64,000 bases of DNA, from the IMG/VR virus record IMGVR_UViG_2902495512_000001; one strand, given 5' to 3'. The number at the start of each line of letters is the position of its first letter. The first letter of the stretch is position 1. Below, one piece after another: positions 16,666 through 27,366 of the stretch. The notes below the pieces were generated by a model. It did no database searches. It was given only the letters and a program-made list of their open reading frames with translations, and was not told the DNA's origin. Source of the DNA: a virus. A program made the position numbers and the translations under genes.

Positions 16666-16944
16666 TTACTTGCCCTCCTCAGTGTCTACTACTTTGCCAT
16701 TAACAATTTGAATCGGTACATCATAATTTGACAAGATATTAACGATTGCTTGCGTATTCGTCTCGCAGACATTTAGCTGTTCAGACATATCATCAAATTT
16801 ATTTTTAAGATCATCAGCATCTATCTTATCCAAATATCGTTGTATAATCTCAAAATTAACAGCCAATTTTTGATACCAATTATGGTCTAACGGAATTGTT
16901 GATAATTCATCTGTCGTTAAATTCTGTTTATTATTGTCCATCAT
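16666..16944 (-). CDS. Hypothetical tail-module protein
   Basis: 92 aa, coupled to neighbouring genes. Confidence 0.7.
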   Translation of the reverse strand: MMDNNKQNLTTDELSTIPLDHNWYQKLAVNFEIIQRYLDKIDADDLKNKFDDMSEQLNVCETNTQAIVNILSNYDVPIQIVNGKVVDTEEGK

Positions 16945-17188
16945 TAATCACCTTCTTCCAACTAACAACACCATTATTATCAATCGCTGGTTCCCAAACG
17001 GTGCCGTCTGGGGAAATTAATTGATTACTAGCCTTAAAAATTGTGTCAACTTCTTCTTTTGTATAAAAATCTGTAACATCGATAGTTGGCTTATTGGAAA
17101 TATCTTCCCACTTGATTGGAAACCGATTATTAATATCACTAACTGTATCAGTTACTATTTTTACTGCGTCTTTTAATGCAATACTCAT
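16931..17188 (-). CDS. Hypothetical tail-module protein
   Basis: 85 aa, LISPDGTVWEPAIDNNG motif. Confidence 0.7.
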   Translation of the reverse strand: MSIALKDAVKIVTDTVSDINNRFPIKWEDISNKPTIDVTDFYTKEEVDTIFKASNQLISPDGTVWEPAIDNNGVVSWKKVINDGQ

Positions 17189-18366
17189 GAAATTCCACCC
17201 AATTCGTTAAGTTTGTCGATCGTATCTTCATCAGTGATTAGATCACCATTTTGCAGTTCACCTAACGCTGCCTGTAATTGAATCATTGTTTTATCAACGT
17301 TAGCATGAGCATTAACAATGTGTTTAAACATGGCAACATTAATATCATTGACAGCCAAACTAGCATTATCAAACGTAATCGTTGGCAATGAAAACTGATT
17401 AAACGGATTACGTTCATAACCGTTAAGCGCCACATTCGTTTGCCAATCGAGGTTAGGCATGATTAATTTTACTGTTTCACATTGCCTAATAACAACATCC
17501 CAAGCGGTAGTAGTAAGTGTTGCAATTGGTTGTGCTTGAACTGTTTGTTGAGCATATTCAGTCATAGATCCTTGATCAGTAAAACGCTCATCACTGAGGG
17601 GATCACCACGTTGCAACCCCCACTTTTTCACACTGTCATCATCACGATAAGTGAAATCAACTTGATACTTAGTTTGTGAATCGTTAGTGCCACTTCCTTG
17701 ATCAATTGGCTTGCCCAAACAACGAACTTCATTAACTAAGCTAGTTGTATCAAGTGACAATTTAACATCTTCAACATCATGTTGGTAGAACAATGTATCG
17801 ATAACCGGTTGCTGTTTTAGATATGTTGCACTATAAAAGGTGATTTGTTGATTATCAATAATATAACTGGCATCAAATTTACTGGTATAATCTTGCATAA
17901 ATTTATTGAATGATGAATTACCAAGATTTTCAATTTGAATTTTAGGAAAATCACCAATAAATTTAGCTGTTATCCCTTGGTCGTTATTAGCGAGCATAAA
18001 ATTGACTGCATCAGCTAATCCATAGGTCAGTGTCCCAGTTTTAACATTATTCTGGCGTGCGTTATTAGCCAAGCGATAGAATAAGTGACTAGCTGTGACT
18101 TCATAAACAGATACTCCACCAGAAACTGTCTTGGTGCACTGTGTAATAACATAGCTTTGCCCGTCATATTGAATGACATTCTGTACGTCTAGCAGTTGAA
18201 TAGCATGCTCGTAAGCCAAGCTATCAGTAATGGCAAATGTCACTTGCCACTTCTCGTTGACCGTCCAAGATTCTTTAAATGTCTCTTGCAAATCAGGTAG
18301 TGGCAAACGTTCTCTTTGCTGGTTAAGCCGATCACTGATAGTTAGCTTTGGATATTGAATCATCAA
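17185..18366 (-). CDS. Tal / prophage tail endopeptidase-like protein
   Basis: Position after Dit; size and Prophage_tail-like sequence. Confidence 0.75.
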   Translation of the reverse strand: MMIQYPKLTISDRLNQQRERLPLPDLQETFKESWTVNEKWQVTFAITDSLAYEHAIQLLDVQNVIQYDGQSYVITQCTKTVSGGVSVYEVTASHLFYRLANNARQNNVKTGTLTYGLADAVNFMLANNDQGITAKFIGDFPKIQIENLGNSSFNKFMQDYTSKFDASYIIDNQQITFYSATYLKQQPVIDTLFYQHDVEDVKLSLDTTSLVNEVRCLGKPIDQGSGTNDSQTKYQVDFTYRDDDSVKKWGLQRGDPLSDERFTDQGSMTEYAQQTVQAQPIATLTTTAWDVVIRQCETVKLIMPNLDWQTNVALNGYERNPFNQFSLPTITFDNASLAVNDINVAMFKHIVNAHANVDKTMIQLQAALGELQNGDLITDEDTIDKLNELGGIS

Positions 18367-19259
18367 TTTAGATACTTGAAATAAAAGCTAACAGTACAAT
18401 TCAAATCTTGACAACCAGTAATCTTGAAATGATTGTTACCGCTAGCTAACCGGATAATGCCGTTGTCAGTATTAATTCCAGCTACTTGCCCATTAATTTG
18501 TGGATTTACGCCAATTAGATTAAACGTATCACCCGTTGTTAATGGCTTCGTACATGCAATCGCATCGCCAGTCGTTGTGTTAGTGATTTTCGGTGAACCA
18601 GTACCGGTCAGTGTAATATCAAGATAATCGCCCTGCACCAAGGGATCAACTGGTAGTTCACCAATATTATTGACATCAAATTCAGCTGTGTTGAATACAT
18701 AATTTACTGTATCAGTCGGTAGCCCTAAGCCTATATTTGGCATCTCGTTAATATGAGTTGACGGCATAATGCTTTGTGCAACCCCAGTAAAGTTATTTAA
18801 TGTGACAGTAATCATCATCATCTTGTCACCATAATATTCAGCAGTAATTGTCTTTTCACGAACGTGATACATGCGACCACCACCATTGTCAAAAGCAACC
18901 CAATAATTATGACGTCGAATTAGAAAGTTTGACAGTGACTGGAAAGCTAATTTTTCATCAGCATCGCCGTGGCAATAAGCAATGAACTTCAAAACTATAT
19001 CACGTTGATCCAAGCGGCTACTAGCAAGCTGTTGGCCATCGCGCGTACCTGCAGTTCGATAGGTATCGGCGATTACTGGTGGCAGCCAATCAAAATCAAC
19101 TAGATACACGTTGCTCAAATTTTGATCATCAAAAATTGATTGCCATGTTTGACCATCTTCACTCAAAGCGAGTTCAATTGGGTCAAAACCCAACGGGTTC
19201 GTATATTCACCAAATAAATAAGCGTGCGGTTTATCCGTACGCTCTGAAAATACTTGCAT
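18363..19259 (-). CDS. Distal tail protein (Dit)
   Basis: Follows the tape measure gene; C-terminal GIIRLASGNNHF. Confidence 0.75.
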   Translation of the reverse strand: MQVFSERTDKPHAYLFGEYTNPLGFDPIELALSEDGQTWQSIFDDQNLSNVYLVDFDWLPPVIADTYRTAGTRDGQQLASSRLDQRDIVLKFIAYCHGDADEKLAFQSLSNFLIRRHNYWVAFDNGGGRMYHVREKTITAEYYGDKMMMITVTLNNFTGVAQSIMPSTHINEMPNIGLGLPTDTVNYVFNTAEFDVNNIGELPVDPLVQGDYLDITLTGTGSPKITNTTTGDAIACTKPLTTGDTFNLIGVNPQINGQVAGINTDNGIIRLASGNNHFKITGCQDLNCTVSFYFKYLN

Positions 19260-19268
19260 ATTAACCTC

Positions 19269-22200
19269 CTAACTGTTCTGCATTCTAAATGTCTGAGCAT
19301 CTTTTTGACGCAACTTAGCAGCCAAATCGTCTAATAACTCCGGCTTCTTATCAGCAATGATTTGCAACAACGCATTAGCTTGCCGCAATAATGAATTAGT
19401 CTCAGCATTATCGTCTTCGTGATTGCTATTAGCTTGATTTGAGACGGGTTGAGCACGCATAGTTGTGTCCATTGCCTTAGCCAACAGTGGATAAGCCGTA
19501 ACATCATAAGGATTAATCACAAACTCATGGTGTTGGCTATTATCGCCAATGATCGCAGTTTGCTCGTCAAAGACTTCGCCACCATGGGCAAATCGACGAC
19601 TACCTTGTGGGCCACTATGCAGCCAATCAATCTTTGGGACACCCCAAATAACGGTATGACCAATACTGTTTCGCCAATCAGAGTTATTAAAGAAAGCTAA
19701 CAACTCATCGAGTGGATTCATTCGATTAGTATGCCCTGGCATCGCGAAAGCAGCAAATGTTCCTGGTGTATATTGCAAAACACCACCGGCTTCATTACCC
19801 CCACTATTAACATCATGAACGGTTTGAATAACAGATCTACCGCCAGATTCATTCATGATAGTTGCTTGCAAAAGATCACTGAACCCTGCTGGAAGACTAT
19901 CAATGCCCATCATCTTGGCGGCTTTCTCGATTAAACCTGGATTGTAGTGACCAGCCTTGCCATCTGATACTTCAAGCTTTTTCTGGGTGCTTTTCAGCAT
20001 TTCCTTGAACTTATTAACTGCTATGTTTGATAGCTTGCTAATGGCACCACTAGCTAATTCGCCAAAACTGGCTGCCCCTTTAAATAAGCCATCAGTAGCT
20101 TTATGAAGTAGTTTGGAAATATTTCCAAGCGGATCTTTGAGAAACTTTTCAACAGCCTCTGTCTTGTCACCAATCCATGAGCCAATGTCAGATAACTTGC
20201 CCTTAGTCCAATTAATCGCATCGCCAACAATACCACCGTGTGCATAATGATCAACGCCGGCAGACGCCATAATGGCAGCTGTTTCATCGCCATTATATAC
20301 TCGTGTACCAACAGGCAAAGGTAGCACTGCATTACGTTGATGTGTCATCTTGAGCTCACCAGAAGGTAGTTGTAACAGTTCCTTCCAGTTCTGACCGGCA
20401 CCATCGTTAACCATAGATAGACGAGTATGCACGATACCACCTTGAGCAAATTTAACTGGCTCTAAATGGTGAATGCTGGTTTTGTGACCAGTGAAGAATT
20501 TCCAAACTGTATCGATTGCGTCAACACCGGCATTAATAACACTTAAAACGCCGTTAATGCCATCTTGTGCGGCATTCTTGATACCTTTCCATACGTCACT
20601 GAAGAAATCTCCTAATCCGTTCCACATACCATGCCAAACGGTGCTAATTGCATCTAATACTGATGAAATTACATCGTGCATTCCGTGCATATAAGCTTTA
20701 ATTGCTTGCGACAAGGCTTTCCAAATATCTGAAAAGATGTGTTTAATATCTCTCCAGACTTTACCCCAGTTACCATGAATAATATCAAGGACAGTTTGAA
20801 TTACATCAGAAATAACGTGCATTGCCCCGATAACTAATGGCTTAATCACATTCCAAGTAGATCTGACAATCGTGCTAATGACATTCCAAGTGGCTTTCCA
20901 AACAGCTTTGATAATAGCCATTCCGGCTGATATAATCCCCTTAATTACAGCCATACCAATATCAATAATCGGCTTAATAATCGCCCAAGTTTTTTTAACT
21001 TCAAACGATATAAGTCCCCAGGCAACATTCCAGACCGCTTTTACTACAGCCATACCAAGCTTAATAACTTGCTTGACCATATTAATCCCAGCAGAAACCA
21101 CTGGCTTAATTTCTTTCCAGAACGCTTGAATAGATTTAATCGCTGATTTGAAAAACGGGCCAAAAGTCTTTTTAATCCACGCTACAGCATCACCAAGCCA
21201 CTTAACAACATTCCTATACCAATCTTTGATTGTGTTAATAAGCCCATTTACGAAATCACGGAACTTTTTATTATGATTATATAACTCAACTAAAGCAAAT
21301 ATGATTGCTGCAATAGCTGCGATCCAAATGCTGAAAGGCACCGCTTTTAGTGCTGCTCCAAATGATGATAGAACACCAGAACCACTCTTTAATGAGGCCG
21401 TGAACTCTGTTACTGGCTTACCAAGATTCTTTAGACCGTCAGTTATTTTTAAATTATCGTTAACCGACTTGATGCCACCAACGAATTTGCTGATATTTTT
21501 CAAAACAAACGCTCCAGCTAATATTTTGCCGAACGTTCGAATAGCTGGTCCATTGTTTGCTAATGATTTTAAAGCACCGGCTAGTCCGCCTACAGACTTT
21601 GATGCATCTTTACTATTATTTGATGCTTTACCAAGTGGATTAACTAAAAATCCGAGCACTGAAACCACGTCATTAATAGCAGCGCCCACAACTTTAAAAG
21701 CAATAGTTAGGCTGCTCTTGACAATGCTGCCAAACGCTTTGATATTGCCAGCATTTTTAGCAAGCCAAGCCGAAAGTTTGTCGACTGACTTACCAGCATT
21801 TTCAACCATCTGATTTAGGGAGTTTGTAAAGCCCTTGCCAGTGAAACTATCGCCAGCAAAAGCTTTAGTAACCGTAGCGAATCCTTTACTTACCTTGTTA
21901 CCTAAATCTTTAAATAAATTCTCGGTATGAGTTTCAGAAACCCATTTAGAAATGGTACCGAAGATTGGATTTTGCGCTTTTAGTAGCGGTTGTTCAATAT
22001 CACCTAATAGTTTAGGCATTTGTGCTTTAACCGTCCGTTGCATACCAGTCATGGTCTTTAGCATATTGTCGGCCGCTTCACCATACTTGTGATTACCTAA
22101 TTCAGTAAAAACGCTCTCAAGGTCTTTACCGGTGATTTTTCCTTGCCGAGCCATGTTACGCATACCTGCAACGGTTGTATGTTCATGTTTAGCAAGTGCT

Positions 22201-23195
22201 TCATCAATCATTGGGAAATAAGCGCCAATTTGATTTAATTCGCCAGCAGACACTTTACCGGTAGCTAACCCATGAACCATATCCTGAGTTACTGACTTCA
22301 TTTGATCACCAGTCAACCCAACGGCATCACCCATATTCAGCATGGCCTTTGACAAATCATCGGCTTCAGACTTGCTGGAGTGTAAATGATAGAATCCCTG
22401 CTCTAATTCATTTACTAAATCACTCGCTTGCCCAGTCTTCTTACTTAAATCGTTGATTGTGCTGACCATACTTTTGGCTTGACTAGCTGACCCAGTTAAA
22501 GTTGTCCATGTTTGCATCATAACCTGCTGTTCTTTGTCAAAATCATAGCCGGCTTTGGTAGCTTCAACAATTCCATCTTTTACTTTGTCATAAGCGCTGT
22601 ACAGTGCATTACCAACAAACGTGCCTTCAATAATATCACGCAAACGATGGCCGTTCTCACGTGTTTTTTTGGCGCTTTCGTTAAACTTTTGGAACCCCTT
22701 ACTGAAGCCATTTTTTACTTTTAGCAGTAATGAATGTTCCTTGGGAATTTGCTTAATTCGCTCGCTGAGATGTTTGAAAATATCTGTGAAATTATCTTTA
22801 GCACGCAAAAATACGGAACGCTCCTTAGGAACGTCCCGCACTTTGCGTGAGAAGATGCCAATATTTTCATCGTTGATTTTAGACTTTAATGTCGTCACAA
22901 TATCATGTGGAATTTCTTTGAGATGGTCAATTAGGCCACTAATCTTTTCACGGATTGAGTTACTTGAATTAGCGACTTGATCTTTATACTCATTAAAGTT
23001 AGCTTTGGCTTCGTCCATTGCTTCTTTTTGTTTGGAAGCATAATTGTGCCACTGTTCGCCACTCTCACTAACTTTAGATCCCATACTAGCAGCAGCATGT
23101 ACCGCTTCGTCCATTGCTTGACGTGCATTAGCAACCCCTTGGCTAATTTGATCCATAAACTTCCACACGAATGTCTTTTCAACAACTGCACTCAT
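19269..23195 (-). CDS. Tape measure protein with C-terminal lytic transglycosylase (SLT)
   Basis: 1308 aa, Trp-spaced amphipathic repeats, IMNESGG...GVLQYTPGTF. Confidence 0.92.
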   Translation of the reverse strand: MSAVVEKTFVWKFMDQISQGVANARQAMDEAVHAAASMGSKVSESGEQWHNYASKQKEAMDEAKANFNEYKDQVANSSNSIREKISGLIDHLKEIPHDIVTTLKSKINDENIGIFSRKVRDVPKERSVFLRAKDNFTDIFKHLSERIKQIPKEHSLLLKVKNGFSKGFQKFNESAKKTRENGHRLRDIIEGTFVGNALYSAYDKVKDGIVEATKAGYDFDKEQQVMMQTWTTLTGSASQAKSMVSTINDLSKKTGQASDLVNELEQGFYHLHSSKSEADDLSKAMLNMGDAVGLTGDQMKSVTQDMVHGLATGKVSAGELNQIGAYFPMIDEALAKHEHTTVAGMRNMARQGKITGKDLESVFTELGNHKYGEAADNMLKTMTGMQRTVKAQMPKLLGDIEQPLLKAQNPIFGTISKWVSETHTENLFKDLGNKVSKGFATVTKAFAGDSFTGKGFTNSLNQMVENAGKSVDKLSAWLAKNAGNIKAFGSIVKSSLTIAFKVVGAAINDVVSVLGFLVNPLGKASNNSKDASKSVGGLAGALKSLANNGPAIRTFGKILAGAFVLKNISKFVGGIKSVNDNLKITDGLKNLGKPVTEFTASLKSGSGVLSSFGAALKAVPFSIWIAAIAAIIFALVELYNHNKKFRDFVNGLINTIKDWYRNVVKWLGDAVAWIKKTFGPFFKSAIKSIQAFWKEIKPVVSAGINMVKQVIKLGMAVVKAVWNVAWGLISFEVKKTWAIIKPIIDIGMAVIKGIISAGMAIIKAVWKATWNVISTIVRSTWNVIKPLVIGAMHVISDVIQTVLDIIHGNWGKVWRDIKHIFSDIWKALSQAIKAYMHGMHDVISSVLDAISTVWHGMWNGLGDFFSDVWKGIKNAAQDGINGVLSVINAGVDAIDTVWKFFTGHKTSIHHLEPVKFAQGGIVHTRLSMVNDGAGQNWKELLQLPSGELKMTHQRNAVLPLPVGTRVYNGDETAAIMASAGVDHYAHGGIVGDAINWTKGKLSDIGSWIGDKTEAVEKFLKDPLGNISKLLHKATDGLFKGAASFGELASGAISKLSNIAVNKFKEMLKSTQKKLEVSDGKAGHYNPGLIEKAAKMMGIDSLPAGFSDLLQATIMNESGGRSVIQTVHDVNSGGNEAGGVLQYTPGTFAAFAMPGHTNRMNPLDELLAFFNNSDWRNSIGHTVIWGVPKIDWLHSGPQGSRRFAHGGEVFDEQTAIIGDNSQHHEFVINPYDVTAYPLLAKAMDTTMRAQPVSNQANSNHEDDNAETNSLLRQANALLQIIADKKPELLDDLAAKLRQKDAQTFRMQNS

Positions 23196-23557
23196 TAATC
23201 GGCCTCCTCTCTATCAGCTTTTGCTTCCATTAGTCTTCGATACATAGCCATTTGAGGCGTATCTGGTTGTCGTTCTTCGACAGTCCGATAATCAGTTAAT
23301 TTGCTAATTTCATTTGCAATTTGTTCATCGGACCGTTCTACAACTTCGCCTAATGGTTGACTGAGTTCAACACCATAAGTTGCCTGTGGCATTAAACGAG
23401 CGTGCATTTGCTCGCGTTGCTGATTAAGCATGTTAACCTGATAGCCATGCCAAACAGCTTTAAACTCAGCTGGTGTTAACTGTTCTAATTGTTCTGGAGT
23501 TAAGCCTGCACTTCTGGCGTAACTGATTGCGGTGTACCAGGTTGCAGAACTTTTTCC
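23195..23557 (-). CDS. Tail assembly chaperone -1 frameshift extension (gpGT-like)
   Basis: The -1 frame is open from G GAA AAA (23557-23551) to the stop at 23195. Confidence 0.55.
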   Translation of the reverse strand, partial: GKSSATWYTAISYARSAGLTPEQLEQLTPAEFKAVWHGYQVNMLNQQREQMHARLMPQATYGVELSQPLGEVVERSDEQIANEISKLTDYRTVEERQPDTPQMAMYRRLMEAKADREEAD

Positions 23558-24012
23558 AGCTTGTCCAGTTGTGTTTGAAGTTGTTCCATACCCAACTGAT
23601 CCTGATTGTATTGGTCGCTGCCCTCTTTTTCCGATTCCAGCTTCTTCTGCATAATATCCATGATCTTGTTGTACCCTTTGACAAAACTGGTAAGCTTCCG
23701 CGCTAAAAAATTATCAGCATGTAAAGATTGAATAATATCAGAATAAGCGGCGTTGGTCTTATCATCGTCAGCAAAGATGGTGTCTTCAAGCGCTTCTACT
23801 ACTTTGTCACGACTAGGTTGTGAACGCTTAAAGTAAGCCAATGCGTAATAATACGCATTTACAATTTGATCTGGGTCTTCGTCTAATAAACCATCAACAA
23901 GGACATCAAAACCATCACGGCCATCTGCACTAAGTTCCTTTTTTACTTGGTTAGCAAACGCATAGTTAAGCTTAGGGGTGCAAGTAGTGCCATCAATCAT
24001 TAAATTTTCCAT
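23500..24012 (-). CDS. Tail assembly chaperone
   Basis: Between major tail protein and tape measure. Confidence 0.8.
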   Translation of the reverse strand: MENLMIDGTTCTPKLNYAFANQVKKELSADGRDGFDVLVDGLLDEDPDQIVNAYYYALAYFKRSQPSRDKVVEALEDTIFADDDKTNAAYSDIIQSLHADNFLARKLTSFVKGYNKIMDIMQKKLESEKEGSDQYNQDQLGMEQLQTQLDKLEKVLQPGTPQSVTPEVQA

Positions 24013-24029
24013 AGTCTAAATTACCTCCA

Positions 24030-24623
24030 TTATTTCCCAGCTTGTGGGTTAGTAGTAGTACCAGTGGTAGATCCGGTTGTTGTGCTGCTACCAATATCAG
24101 TATTATGAGCGAAATCAAACATCTTTAACCCGTCGACTAATAGTTGTGGGTCAAGTTCAGACACAGCTAACACACCATCTTGCGTATTGCCATCAATGTT
24201 GTAAGTGATGTTAGCGTGTAACAAGTTGTTAACTGCTTCAGTTTCTGGCAATCCATTAGGCTTAGCCATACCAAATTCAGCAGGCACAGACGCAATGTTT
24301 CCTTGAGCATCTAAAGTTGCTTCGTTGAAGTCCATACGCCAAATGCCAACCGCCACATCTTGTACAACTGCTCTTTTAATTCCATCATGAATCTTGTCAC
24401 CGATCGTCCAATACGAATCAACAACAAATGTTTCTGATCGTGAACCGGACGTGTGCAAAACGCCCTGCTTTAAGTTGACTGCCGAACTAGCACGAGTATT
24501 AGTTGTGCTAGTTGCAGCTTGTAATCCCAACATTTGAATAAGAGTTGCTTTATCATCCCACGGGAATTTGATCCCATATAAAATTTTGTCAGCACTCTTT
24601 GTTTGTAGCTTTAATCCAGCCAT
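24030..24623 (-). CDS. Major tail protein (TP901-1-like)
   Basis: Position and size. Confidence 0.8.
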   Translation of the reverse strand: MAGLKLQTKSADKILYGIKFPWDDKATLIQMLGLQAATSTTNTRASSAVNLKQGVLHTSGSRSETFVVDSYWTIGDKIHDGIKRAVVQDVAVGIWRMDFNEATLDAQGNIASVPAEFGMAKPNGLPETEAVNNLLHANITYNIDGNTQDGVLAVSELDPQLLVDGLKMFDFAHNTDIGSSTTTGSTTGTTTNPQAGK

Positions 24624-24633
24624 TTAGTGTTCC

Positions 24634-25029
24634 TCACTTTCCATATACAAAAATATCAAATAAATAAGCCAACCGAGTTAACGGCCGGCCTTCTAAACTG
24701 TTATCAATTAATTTACGCATTGACGAGTTATCATACTTAGACGGCCATTCGGCTAATTTCAACCGTTGCATAGCATTGGCAACTTGACGGCCTAATGCGT
24801 ATGCTTGACCAACGTTAGCTACATCGGTATAGATATCGACAGCTACCGTTCCTAAGAAATAATCTAAAACTTTAATATCAGTTTGCTCTTGCTCGTTCTG
24901 CAAGCTGACAACTATTTGCGGAAACTTAGTTGGTCGTTGCTGGCCGAAGTCATATACTGGAACGTTCAATGCTCGCAGACATTGTTTAACGCTTAATAGC
25001 AAGTCTTCCTCAGGTGACATATCAATCAC
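24634..25029 (-). CDS. Tail terminator/completion protein
   Basis: Position; PTKFPQIVV motif. Confidence 0.7.
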   Translation of the reverse strand: MIDMSPEEDLLLSVKQCLRALNVPVYDFGQQRPTKFPQIVVSLQNEQEQTDIKVLDYFLGTVAVDIYTDVANVGQAYALGRQVANAMQRLKLAEWPSKYDNSSMRKLIDNSLEGRPLTRLAYLFDIFVYGK

Positions 25030-25576
25030 TCCCCAATACTGTCAAACGCATGATGCGTTCAAATTCATTATCTAGCCTCGCTGCGATTTTATCGCCGGTT
25101 GGCTTCATAAACGGTTCGGCGGCCATTTTATAAGTGCCGTATTCTACATAGACACCATAATAATCAACGCCATCTTGACTGGTGATTGGCTTCTTACTAC
25201 CACTACCATTAATGGCTTCCAATGCTCGTTTCTGATCTGCAACTGTTGCCATTGGCATAATAGATACTGACTTACCATCGTCACTAATCTTGATTTCTAT
25301 TGATCCTTGCAAGGTACCCGTTGGCACGTAACCAGACTTACCATGTCCAACTTGAGTGCGCTCCAAGCCTTGCGCAGCCTCTTGCTCGCGTGCACCAGCA
25401 TTCTTAATAAATGCTTTGCTGAGCGCAACGGCTCGTCGATATTCATTATTGGCTTCTTCCATGGCCTCTGGCATACCATTGCGTGCAAGCCCTCGGGCAG
25501 TCTCAAATAATTGGTTAAAATAATCAACGTCAATTGAGAATGAAACGACAGGTATTTGGTCATAGTTATTCGCCAT
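25022..25576 (-). CDS. HK97 gp10-like neck protein
   Basis: PTGTLQGSI and YVEYGTYKMAAEPFMKP. Confidence 0.8.
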   Translation of the reverse strand: MANNYDQIPVVSFSIDVDYFNQLFETARGLARNGMPEAMEEANNEYRRAVALSKAFIKNAGAREQEAAQGLERTQVGHGKSGYVPTGTLQGSIEIKISDDGKSVSIMPMATVADQKRALEAINGSGSKKPITSQDGVDYYGVYVEYGTYKMAAEPFMKPTGDKIAARLDNEFERIMRLTVLGSD

Positions 25577-25889
25577 GTAATATCACCTCATTATGAATGA
25601 TATAGAATGCCGTTTGCTTATCATGCTGACTAACTTTTTGAATCTCGTGCACCGTATCGTTATCACCTTCAACGTATTCACCATCAAAGCCAATTGCATC
25701 GGCCTGATAACGTCCATAAACACGAATAACCGTCGCATTGTACACCGTGCCGTTGGGGGCAAATGTTAAATTGACCTGTTGCACATTAGCTGGCACTAAT
25801 TGGCTTTGATAGCTTGCTTGATGATTAAGGCCATCAGGGTCTTCATCAAGAAGCTTAGTTAACAAATAAACTTTATCTGAATAACGCAT
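25566..25889 (-). CDS. Head-tail adaptor/closure protein
   Basis: Start reassigned to MRYSDKVY; position in the neck module. Confidence 0.7.
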   Translation of the reverse strand: MRYSDKVYLLTKLLDEDPDGLNHQASYQSQLVPANVQQVNLTFAPNGTVYNATVIRVYGRYQADAIGFDGEYVEGDNDTVHEIQKVSQHDKQTAFYIIHNEVILHGE

Positions 25890-25893
25890 ATTA

Positions 25894-26268
25894 TCACCAG
25901 CCGATCGCAGTAGCACCACGAGTAGTATTAGCTTGACCATCAATCCAAGCTTGTAGGTCTGGGTAATAAGGTGCCAGATCGTTAACGTTGAACTGGAAAG
26001 ACAGCCCTTCTTCACTGTGAGATTTTTCACCTTCATTATGAAATTTATTGAACTTAGTTACGGCCAAGTTCTCTACAATGTAGTCCAATCCTGATGGCAA
26101 GCCTGAAATTCTAACTGAACGGCCCAGATATAAAACAATGGCCTGCTCTGCATGATCAATATATAGTGTCAATCGTTCTTTTTCACTATCGGTAGGAGTG
26201 ATGCCTAGTAGAATAATGACGTTTTCTAATGTCTTGTCTGCCTTATCACTGTCCTGTGTGTCGCTCAT
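25894..26268 (-). CDS. Head-tail connector (gp6-like)
   Basis: KFNKFHNEGEKSHSEEGLS motif. Confidence 0.8.
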   Translation of the reverse strand: MSDTQDSDKADKTLENVIILLGITPTDSEKERLTLYIDHAEQAIVLYLGRSVRISGLPSGLDYIVENLAVTKFNKFHNEGEKSHSEEGLSFQFNVNDLAPYYPDLQAWIDGQANTTRGATAIGW

Positions 26269-26282
26269 AGAACGCCTCCTGA

Positions 26283-27353
26283 CTATTTGCCGGTGGTTGT
26301 ATCAGTCGTTGTTGCCGGTACGATAGGATCAGCACTAGTTACGAATTGCGCCATTGGAATCAATTTTTGATCGTAGACTTTTGACCAATTAGTGCCGTCA
26401 GCCAAGTCAGCCATCGTAGGATAAGTTTTGCCTGGGTTCTTGGTAACAAAGTTACTTTCGTTCCAAGACAACCCTTGTGGCGCAAAAACAAACCGACGAC
26501 GGTTAATAAGATAATCAACCCCATGGTTCTTTAACGGATCGCGATTAGTTTCAACCGCATTAGTTACTGGCAATTCAGAATAGCCAACCGCACCTTGAGC
26601 AAACAAATAACTCGTGTACTTGCCATTATCCACTGGTAAGCTATCGTCAACCACAATTTGAACGCCTTTAATCTTATCACCAGCATCGGGCGCTTGGATT
26701 GCTGTTGGTACGTTGTTATTGCCATTTAAGACGAAGGTTGAGTTATTCTTGGCGTCAACTAAGTTAGCATCTTGTAATTGGCGGAGAATATCAGAGTGAA
26801 CCGCTACAATGGCCAAATCTTTATAGCGATCGCCCAATAAGAAGCGAGCCTTGTTAAAGTTCTTTAAGCTGAACGTGGTATCAATCTTATCAGTAGTAGT
26901 GTCTAATTGATTGACACCCTTCATGCTGGTTGAACTAAATACCCCTGCGAGAGTTTGTAGTAATAGCTTTTCATAGACATGTGACCAATAATCGCTGACT
27001 TGATCGCCAATAGCACTTAATGGATCCGCGCCTGATAGTTCAGCCGACAAGTCAGTTGCACTCCAAGCTTGATCAAAGCCTAATTTACGGGCTTGCGCTA
27101 AATCAGTAGTAATCTTGTTGACTAATAAATCCGTTGTGTCATCGGGTACTTGAGGATCATCGTCAGCTAGTGGCTTGAATAATGGCATGTTAGCTACTTT
27201 GCCAGCGCCTAATAATGCTGCAATTTGTGGCACGCCTTGAACTACGCCACTCGTGAAGAAAGCGTTGTTTTGCGTTGATTTTTCAGCTAAATAAGCCCCC
27301 CAGTTTTCAGGGATTTGCATATCACTTAATTGGGTAATGTTTCCGTTTACCAT
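26283..27353 (-). CDS. Major capsid protein
   Basis: 356 aa after the scaffold gene. Confidence 0.85.
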   Translation of the reverse strand: MVNGNITQLSDMQIPENWGAYLAEKSTQNNAFFTSGVVQGVPQIAALLGAGKVANMPLFKPLADDDPQVPDDTTDLLVNKITTDLAQARKLGFDQAWSATDLSAELSGADPLSAIGDQVSDYWSHVYEKLLLQTLAGVFSSTSMKGVNQLDTTTDKIDTTFSLKNFNKARFLLGDRYKDLAIVAVHSDILRQLQDANLVDAKNNSTFVLNGNNNVPTAIQAPDAGDKIKGVQIVVDDSLPVDNGKYTSYLFAQGAVGYSELPVTNAVETNRDPLKNHGVDYLINRRRFVFAPQGLSWNESNFVTKNPGKTYPTMADLADGTNWSKVYDQKLIPMAQFVTSADPIVPATTTDTTTGK

Positions 27354-27366
27354 AATTTATCTCTCC

